Source of the DNA: Candidatus Bathyarchaeota archaeon
Lineage (GTDB): Archaea; Thermoproteota; Bathyarchaeia; Bathyarchaeales; Bathycorpusculaceae
Direction: 5' to 3'
DNA: 64,000 nucleotides
Assembly: GCA_963702095.1 (NCBI GenBank)
Contig: OY969706.1
Coordinates: forward strand, 384,001-448,000
In this document: piece after piece, positions 57,742 through 64,000 of the stretch
Layout of the letters: each line of letters begins with the position of its first letter
Numbering within the stretch: the first letter of the stretch is position 1
Notes under the pieces: model-generated
The model's input: the letters and a program-made list of their open reading frames with translations, nothing else
What the model was told of the DNA's origin: nothing
Database searches by the model: none
Program-made: the position numbers and the translations under genes

Positions 57742-57849
57742 GCCGGGGTAGCCTAGCCTGGCTAGGGCGCCAGACTCATAATCTGGAGAACAATAGGGCC
57801 ACACGCCCCTGTCCAGAAGTCGCGGGCTCGAATCCCGCCCCCGGCACCA
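57742..57849 (+). tRNA. tRNA-Met (CAT, elongator type) with 30-nt intron at non-canonical position 45/46 (57789-57818)
   Basis: GCCGGGG/CCCCGGC acceptor stem; CCAGA-CT CAT AA-TCTGG; relaxed BHB with CTGG/CCAG helix; intron removal restores an AGGTC variable loop. Confidence 0.9.
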
Positions 57850-57922
57850 CTATTTTAGTTTGGGCCTCGTTGCGTTTTTTGCATAAAATTTTAAAGCAAA
57901 AAACCGATAATTTTACTGTTGC

Positions 57923-58316
57923 GTGATAACTTTGGCGGGTAAACATCACATATTAAGGTTAAATAAAGAAAATGATTTTTGCATTGTACTTAAGCGTCAG
58001 AAGTATTTCACATCCATGACATCGGTTAATGGTTGGCGAGAAGGGACAGCTGTCATTTTTCTTAAAAATACCGATGATGGTGATGGCGTTGTAGGTGTTG
58101 GCTATTTTGAGTATGCAATATGTCGACATGCCTACGGATGATAAGATTATCTGTGAAAGAACAGGCAGCAAATTTCTAGTTAAATTAACCGATTTTGCTT
58201 CTATTGCGCCTCATAGGCTCGTAGAGGAGACTGCGATTGGTAACTGGGGAATCAACGGAAAAATGTTACATGGCAAAAGCCTGTCCGATAAAGAACTAAA
58301 GACAGTGTTGGGTTGA
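57923..58316 (+). pseudogene. Frameshifted hypothetical protein (EVE/PUA-like?)
   Basis: Overlapping ORFs 57923-58141 and 58095-58316 read as one protein: GTAVIFLK...VVGVGY...LHGKSLSDKEL. Confidence 0.55.
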
Positions 58317-58500
58317 AAAAGCGAAAACCCCGTAGTTCGCTAATACCAAAGGCAGAAAACAAAACGGTTGCCATAACAAAACATGGAATCACCCGGCATA
58401 TTCCTGTACTTTCAATAGAAGAGACAGAAGGTTTTATTTCGAGACTTAATAGCAAAAACTTGCGTGATGAGACCGATAGAATTTGTTTAGGGCGTCTTGA

Positions 58501-58709
58501 TTAGGCTGTCTCTACGATTGCCTCTTCAACCTTTTTTATAAGACCGCTTTGTTTGGCGTTCCAAATTTCGATGCCCATGACTTTGTCTTTTTGTCTAATT
58601 CAAGAAGGACGTCTGGGTCGGCTTCGATTACTTCGTAGCTTGGGCCTTCTTTGAAGAGCAAGTGAAGTATGTCCTCTTTTTTATCATAAGTTGTTTTCAG
58701 TAATGTCAT
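58501..58709 (-). CDS. DUF2283 family protein (frameshift in A-run near 58590)
   Basis: TYDKKEDILHL...VLLELDK, then shifted frame DKVMGIEIWNAK...*. Confidence 0.8.
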
Positions 58710-58737
58710 GCCCCTTCTCAATGTAATTAATACGCCC

Positions 58738-59745
58738 TTAACTGTAAAATCTCTTTAGCGCCATAAGCGCTTTTAGAGTTATCCATTTGCTTGGTTCGCC
58801 TTTGCGTTCGATGTTAACTTGGAATCTGCCGTTAAAGGTGTTCTCCAGCTTCCATCTGCCCTTCTCATCCTGCTTGGAAACGACCAAGTCCACTGCCTCC
58901 TGCATTCGCTCGTCTTTACCCAACTTCGATAGTATCTCCAGCACCTCCAACGCGTCCGTTTGATACATCAGTGGAAAACCAAAGTGCATCCAACCCGGCT
59001 TCGAAACCCTGCCAAGGTTGTGGCTTCTTTTGTAGATGTGGTGTTTGAGGAAGTATTCTGCGCCTGCCTTTATGGTAACTTCTGACTTGGCGTCTCTTTT
59101 CTGCTGCGGGATTTCTGCGAGCGCCTTCAGCGCTTTGGCTGCGCCCATGTGGCAGCTGTGCTTGCCCCAGCACGTTTCGTACTTGTCGTAGGGCCAACCC
59201 GCTGGTGCTCCCTCGCCTTCTGCGTCGTCGAATCGCTGGTAACGGTTAATCCAGTCGATGCCCGCTTGCACTCGGGGGTCATCGAGGTACCCGAGCCTGA
59301 TAAGACTAAAGACCATGTTGCCTGTTAAGCAGGGTATGACGCCGCTTTCTCTGCCTCCACCAGCCCTCTCAGACCTCGCCATCGAAAACCCGCCGCTCTG
59401 CGGGTGCTGGCTGTTTTCGAGGATGAATTCGCAGGCTTTCTTGACTCGGCAGTCGGCTGGGTCTGCGCTGAGTTCCGCCAAAATTAGGAGCTGCCAAACT
59501 GTGCCCTTGTATTTGTCAGTGTAGAAGGCGACGGGGGTTTCCCAACGGCCGTCTCTGTTCATTTTGGCAAGGATTTTGGGGACTACGCCCGTTTTCATAA
59601 TTGCCTTTCTTGCCGCGTCAGCTTCTGGGCTGTCTTTTGGCTTATCTAAGAGGTCTGTTAGGGTATAGTAGCGGACTGAGGGGTTGTCTTCTTCCAGTAG
59701 CCACTCGGTTGCATCTGTCCTCGAAATCGACCGCCAATCAACCAT
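58738..59745 (-). CDS. Prenyltransferase/squalene-cyclase-repeat (alpha/alpha barrel) protein
   Basis: WLLEEDNPSVRY, KYKGTVWQL, PCLTGN, QRFDD, KQDEKGRW and PSKWITL motifs. Confidence 0.85.
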   Translation of the reverse strand: MVDWRSISRTDATEWLLEEDNPSVRYYTLTDLLDKPKDSPEADAARKAIMKTGVVPKILAKMNRDGRWETPVAFYTDKYKGTVWQLLILAELSADPADCRVKKACEFILENSQHPQSGGFSMARSERAGGGRESGVIPCLTGNMVFSLIRLGYLDDPRVQAGIDWINRYQRFDDAEGEGAPAGWPYDKYETCWGKHSCHMGAAKALKALAEIPQQKRDAKSEVTIKAGAEYFLKHHIYKRSHNLGRVSKPGWMHFGFPLMYQTDALEVLEILSKLGKDERMQEAVDLVVSKQDEKGRWKLENTFNGRFQVNIERKGEPSKWITLKALMALKRFYS

Positions 59746-59806
59746 TCTAAGTTACCTTTTCTTGTCGATAGGCTTGTTTGTGTTTTTTGCTTAAATGGCT
59801 TTAGTG

Positions 59807-60271
59807 TTAACTGCTCTGCATTAGCTTTTGGGCAAATGCTTCTGCTGCTGCAAGGTCTTCGCTGTTGGGTCTGCCCTTGTTTATACCGCCGAACAGTTTC
59901 AAGAAACTGTTGGTATCGTGGCCATGGCAGTTGAACTCGTCAACGATGACGTAGCCTTTGGCTTGCAGTTTCTCCCTAAGTGAGGTGTGGATTTTGACTT
60001 TGTAATCTGGGTTAGATATGCCGCTGGTGGAGAAAATAAACGCTTTCTTTCCGTCGCTGTTTGGTAGTTGGTCGGCGAAATCGAGTAGTTCTTTGTAATG
60101 CTTGCCGCTGTCTATCCCCGCGCCGAAACCCACTACGTCATAATCTGCAAGTTGGGCTGCGTCAGTGTTCTGTGGCGTCTTTATTTCTGCCTCGAGCACT
60201 TTAGCGATGACCTCGGCGATTTTTTGGGTGTTTAAGTGATGGTAAGAATACACGATAATAAGTGATTTCAA
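59807..60271 (-). CDS. Flavodoxin family protein
   Basis: YSYHHLNTQKIA, GFGAGI, FSTSG and KGRPN motifs. Confidence 0.92.
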   Translation of the reverse strand: MKSLIIVYSYHHLNTQKIAEVIAKVLEAEIKTPQNTDAAQLADYDVVGFGAGIDSGKHYKELLDFADQLPNSDGKKAFIFSTSGISNPDYKVKIHTSLREKLQAKGYVIVDEFNCHGHDTNSFLKLFGGINKGRPNSEDLAAAEAFAQKLMQSS

Positions 60272-60347
60272 GCTAGCCCCTTGTCATTTGTGGCAGTCAC
60301 GACTTATTTCCCTTTTTGTTTTAATGCAAACTGTTAATTAGTCAAGC

Positions 60348-60842
60348 TTGATGGCTATTACTGTGGTTAGATGCATGCAGTTTTTTCATATGCGAGACGA
60401 TGAATCCAAAAACTGGCATAACTACTTAGTCGTGCAATTGGGCAAAGAAGAGTTTAGGGCGCTTAAAACCCGTTTTGAAACGCAGGTTCCCAAATTAGAC
60501 TGCTGGGCGATGATACGCGACGGCGGCCCCTACATAGTGTTCGATTATGGCGGTGTTATTAGTCTCGGCGAAGCCTTCGGCAGCGGGCAAACCTTGGGTG
60601 AGAAACTCCAAGTCGGCGACGTCGTCACCGTTATCTTAACTGATAAACCGCAGGATCAACTGTTCATACTTGAAAACAGAGTTCTCAAACTTAACTTTGC
60701 CCTCTCAGAAGTCATCGTTTATCCCTTCACCTACACCAAAGAAATGGAGCAAACCTACGAATTCTACGCCCACTACGCAAGACTAAAAGAAGGCAACCGA
60801 GAAGTAACTATAAAGAACAAACCTCGACTATCCCTTAGGTGA
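60348..60842 (+). CDS. Hypothetical protein
   Basis: 164-aa ORF overlapping the next start; start uncertain. Confidence 0.7.
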   Translation: MMAITVVRCMQFFHMRDDESKNWHNYLVVQLGKEEFRALKTRFETQVPKLDCWAMIRDGGPYIVFDYGGVISLGEAFGSGQTLGEKLQVGDVVTVILTDKPQDQLFILENRVLKLNFALSEVIVYPFTYTKEMEQTYEFYAHYARLKEGNREVTIKNKPRLSLR

Positions 60843-60847
60843 AAGAA

Positions 60848-61270
60848 ATGAATTGCCCCAGATGTGGAAGCATAAATCCTGAAGGTGCAGGTTTCTGCAC
60901 AAAATGCGGCACCTCACTCGCTTCAAACTCGCAGTTCCTAATCGTAACTACCCCGACGGTTGCAGGCTACAAAATCAAGAAGGTCTTCGGCGTCGTCACA
61001 GGCATGACTCCGCGGACACGGGGCATCCTTGGCCAGTTTGTGGGGGGATTGGAATCTATGGTTGGCGGTGAAGTCACGGCTTTTTCCTCTGAGATGGAGA
61101 AGGCACGTTGGGAAGCCATCGACCGCGTCAAAGCGCGAGCCGCCGCTTTGGGGGCAAACGCCATCATCGGGTTAGACGTGGAGACTTCAAGTATAGGGCA
61201 ATCTAACATTGTGTTGTTTTCGGCGACTGGAACCGCTGTATTGATTGAACCTGAAGTTTCTGAGGCGTAG
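60848..61270 (+). CDS. Zinc-ribbon + YbjQ/UPF0145 heavy-metal-binding domain protein
   Basis: CPRCG...CTKCG; VTTPTVAGY, VGGE, AR.EA, GANAIIG and ATGTAV motifs. Confidence 0.92.
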   Translation: MNCPRCGSINPEGAGFCTKCGTSLASNSQFLIVTTPTVAGYKIKKVFGVVTGMTPRTRGILGQFVGGLESMVGGEVTAFSSEMEKARWEAIDRVKARAAALGANAIIGLDVETSSIGQSNIVLFSATGTAVLIEPEVSEA

Positions 61271-61304
61271 CTGTTTATTGGACGGGCAGTCGGTGCATAA
61301 GCGT

Positions 61305-62822
61305 TTGGATTATTCGTGTGTTGCGCTTCAGGGATTGCTTGAGGTAAATGCAAAAAAAGCCCCAGATGACATAGCTGTTGTTTTTGGCGATACAGCCTAT
61401 TCTTATTCGGAATTGGATTCGTTGTGTAATCGATTCGCGAATGCCCTGATTGGGTTAGGCATAGCAAAAGGCGACCGCGTGGCTCTTTACCTGCCCAACA
61501 TTCCCCAGTTCATAATCGCCTACTTCGGAGCCCTCAAAGCAGGCGCAGTCGTGACGGCGCTCAGTCCGCTGCATCGGGAGCGCGAAGTTGCATTTCAACT
61601 CAGCGATTCAGGAGCCCAAACCCTCGTAACCTTGGACACGCTGTGCCCTGTTGTGGAGAAAGTCAAGGAAAAAGTATCAATCAAACATGTCATCGTCACT
61701 GGCTTAGATGAATGCGGCTTCCCAAAGTTACTCAAAGACAGCTCAAGCCGCAATCCCAACATCCCAATCGATCCAACAGAAGATTCGGCGGCGTTGCAAT
61801 ACACCGGTGGCACCACAGGCACACCCAAAGCAGCTATGTTAACCCACCGCAACCTCGTCTCAAACGCCTACGCCTTCGCCGTAGCCATAGAGGGAACACC
61901 GCAAGATGTCTTCCTTACGGCGTTGCCGCTTTTCCACATCTACGGCATGACAACCAGCCTAACCGTGCCAGCCAGTTTAGGGGCGAAGATGGTGTTGTTG
62001 TCCAAGTTTGAAGCGGCCAAAGCCTGCCAAGCCATCCGGCAGCATAAAGTCACCGTCTTCTGCGGTGTCCCAACCATGTACCAGATGCTCCTAGCTAACT
62101 CCGACATAGCCAACTACGATTTGAGGTCGATTCGGGTGTGCATTTCGGGTGCTTCGCCGCTTCGGCCAATGGTGCAGAAACAGTTCATGTTGGTTACGGG
62201 TGGGTTGTTGGCGGAGGGGTATGGGTTGACTGAGGCGTCGCCTGTTACGCATTGCAGCCCAGTCGAGGGGGCGCGGGTGAGGGTGGGTTCGATTGGAGTG
62301 CCACTGCCCAATACAGATGCGCGCATTGTGGATTTAGAAACTGGGCATAGAACGCTTGGGGTGGGTGAGGTTGGAGAGTTGGCTGTTAGGGGACCGCAGG
62401 TTATGAAGGGCTACTGGAACCACCCCGAGGAAACCGCTTTGGTGCTCCGTGGTGGGTGGCTTTTGACAGGTGACATCGCCCGCGTAGACGGCGACGGCTA
62501 CTATTACATTGTCGACCGCAAAAAAGACCTCATCAAACACAAAGGCTACAGCATATACCCCCGAGAACTCGAAGACATCCTCTACGAACACCCCGCAGTA
62601 AAACTCTGCGCAGTGGTGGGTAAACCTGATGTGGCAGCGGGTGAGGTGCCAGTGGCGTTTGTAGTGCTCAAGGACGGCGCCCAAGTCTCCGAAGCGGATT
62701 TGAAGGAGTTTGTTAATGGCAAAGTTGCAGCTTACAAATCCCTAAGAGCAGTCTGTCTTTTGGGCGATTTGCCGTTGAATGCAGCAGGTAAAGTGCAAAA
62801 ACGCATACTTAGAGCGCTTTAA
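61305..62822 (+). CDS. Long-chain-fatty-acid--CoA ligase (ANL superfamily)
   Basis: YTGGTTGTPK, LPLFH, EGYGLTE, TGD, DRKKD and GKVQK motifs; start uncertain. Confidence 0.93.
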   Translation: MDYSCVALQGLLEVNAKKAPDDIAVVFGDTAYSYSELDSLCNRFANALIGLGIAKGDRVALYLPNIPQFIIAYFGALKAGAVVTALSPLHREREVAFQLSDSGAQTLVTLDTLCPVVEKVKEKVSIKHVIVTGLDECGFPKLLKDSSSRNPNIPIDPTEDSAALQYTGGTTGTPKAAMLTHRNLVSNAYAFAVAIEGTPQDVFLTALPLFHIYGMTTSLTVPASLGAKMVLLSKFEAAKACQAIRQHKVTVFCGVPTMYQMLLANSDIANYDLRSIRVCISGASPLRPMVQKQFMLVTGGLLAEGYGLTEASPVTHCSPVEGARVRVGSIGVPLPNTDARIVDLETGHRTLGVGEVGELAVRGPQVMKGYWNHPEETALVLRGGWLLTGDIARVDGDGYYYIVDRKKDLIKHKGYSIYPRELEDILYEHPAVKLCAVVGKPDVAAGEVPVAFVVLKDGAQVSEADLKEFVNGKVAAYKSLRAVCLLGDLPLNAAGKVQKRILRAL

Positions 62823-63445
62823 CAGGCAGGTTTTTGGGTGCTAAGAGCGTTCCAAGCCGAGTCTTTCTTTCTAAAAACCTCAACCTCCACAAACCCCGCC
62901 GACCGCAGCATTTCGCATATTTCGTCAAGCCCAAAAAGGTGCACATGAGCTTTTCTTATCGTTTCGGCTTTTTTTATTTCATAGACGCCGTCTTTAACCA
63001 TCTCGTTAATCATCAGCAGTTTGCCTTTTGGCTTAAGCACCCGTATTATCTCTTTGAAAGCAGTGGATAAGCTGGGCCAGAAATAGTATGTTTCAACAGC
63101 CGTCACCAAATCAAAAAAGTCGCTTGGAAACCCTGTTTTTCCAACTGAGGCTTCAACGATTTCCACCCTGTTCTGCTCGACGAATTTCCTGTTAACCTTT
63201 TTGGCGTACGCCACCATGTCGGCTGAGTAATCAACGCCGTAGACTTTTCCCTGCGGCACCTGTTGGGCTAAGCGGTTGACGGTTTTGCCGCCTCCACATC
63301 CTAAATCCAAAATCGTAAAGTTCGGTTGGAGGGTTGCATATGTGAGTCCCCAAGTTGTAAGCGCCCAATGCTCCCTATTCATTACTGACGCGACGATTCT
63401 ACCTTGAAGCCCAGTTGGGCGTCGGAACTGATCCATTAAACCCAT
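62819..63445 (-). CDS. Class I SAM-dependent methyltransferase
   Basis: ILDLGCGGG, GVDYS, FDLV and RVLKPKG motifs. Confidence 0.92.
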   Translation of the reverse strand: MGLMDQFRRPTGLQGRIVASVMNREHWALTTWGLTYATLQPNFTILDLGCGGGKTVNRLAQQVPQGKVYGVDYSADMVAYAKKVNRKFVEQNRVEIVEASVGKTGFPSDFFDLVTAVETYYFWPSLSTAFKEIIRVLKPKGKLLMINEMVKDGVYEIKKAETIRKAHVHLFGLDEICEMLRSAGFVEVEVFRKKDSAWNALSTQKPAC

Positions 63446-63503
63446 GCCTTATTTAACGTGCAAAGTACCTATTATCCCATCCCACCAAGTAAAGTCAAAA
63501 AGG

Positions 63504-63716
63504 CTACTCTTTTTTGAGCAGTTTCAGCACCAGTTTTTCGCCGAGCCAACCCAAACCCAGAAACACACAGAACGGCCCCAAAAACAAGCCGAAGACGATT
63601 TCGTTGTTGGTTGTTGCCGCTTTGCCTAAGATGTCTGGGAACAGGACGATGCCAGCGATGATTACGCAGACGGTGAGTATGAATGCAACGGTAAAGGTTA
63701 AGGGCTTCATTTTCAA
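63504..63716 (-). CDS. Small two-TM membrane protein
   Basis: Two hydrophobic helices; AAGGA RBS region. Confidence 0.65.
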   Translation of the reverse strand: MKMKPLTFTVAFILTVCVIIAGIVLFPDILGKAATTNNEIVFGLFLGPFCVFLGLGWLGEKLVLKLLKKE

Positions 63717-63815
63717 ACATTCCTTGAATGAGCCTTCTTTGTTTTAAAGCTTCCCAACATAACCCTAGAAATGTATAAGAGAAAACTTGACGCAGAAATA
63801 AGTAAGGTTTGGTCT

Positions 63816-64000
63816 TTGCGGGTTAAACTCCTAATTTCAGGCATTGTTCAAGGCGTCGGTTTCCGTCCCTTCATCTACCGCACCGCCGTTAAGCATGGTT
63901 TGGTGGGGTATGTTCGCAACAGGGGCGACGCTGGCGTCGAAGTGCTCTTGGAAGGCACCGCACAGGGTATCGAGGGGTTCCTGGTGGATTCGGCTGCACA
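63816..64000 (+). CDS. hypF: Hydrogenase maturation carbamoyltransferase HypF (5' part only)
   Basis: Own translation from TTG 63816: MRVKLLISGIVQGVGFRPFIYR...GYVRNRGDAGVEV; FRPF is typical of the HypF acylphosphatase-like domain. Confidence 0.8.
   Translation, partial: MRVKLLISGIVQGVGFRPFIYRTAVKHGLVGYVRNRGDAGVEVLLEGTAQGIEGFLVDSAA

Noticed and set aside
58738-59745. Nitrogenase NifH (a label sometimes given to such proteins)
   Set aside because: No P-loop GKGGIGKS or NifH cysteine motifs; it has QW-like alpha-barrel repeats instead.
1103-63747. Numerous antisense or alternative-frame ORFs inside well-supported genes
   Set aside because: Shadow ORFs caused by codon bias; no independent motifs or RBS.
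1-64000. CRISPR array, rRNA, SRP RNA or RNase P RNA
   Set aside because: No regularly spaced direct repeats or cas genes; no rRNA, SRP helix-8 or RNase P P4 signature seen.

Overview
Archaeal chromosomal DNA. Evidence: TrmY, Cgi121, Dph6, an archaeal class III pilin, a BHB-intron tRNA, GGTGA ribosome-binding sites and frequent TTG/GTG starts. The gene content and style suggest Candidatus Bathyarchaeia, which is an inference. About 70 CDS are present, including a DEAD-box helicase, a surface-glycosylation cluster ending in a 1229-aa DUF2341/Kelch surface protein, TrxB, a B12-radical SAM enzyme, two MscS-family proteins plus TrkH, DtxR-feoB with two operator palindromes, glyA/serA, Dph6 with a stand-alone GATase, a LonC-like protease, a pilin/roadblock cluster, trmY, thiL, an acyl-CoA ligase and the start of hypF. 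Three tRNA genes: Pro-TGG, Thr-CGT and Met-CAT with a 45/46 intron. Elements not in the ORF track: (i) a decayed SSV1-type integrative element in tRNA-Pro with split int(N)/int(C) and an att repeat; (ii) an IS6-family remnant with a passenger gene and right inverted repeat; (iii) a box C/D sRNA candidate; (iv) four to six rod-like intergenic hairpins of 80-110 nt, several with strand-specific G-U pairs, which are candidate unknown ncRNAs; (v) small Cys-rich ORFs. Several frameshifts lie in homopolymers and may be assembly errors. No CRISPR array or rRNA was seen. All family calls come from motif recognition by eye; no database searches were run.
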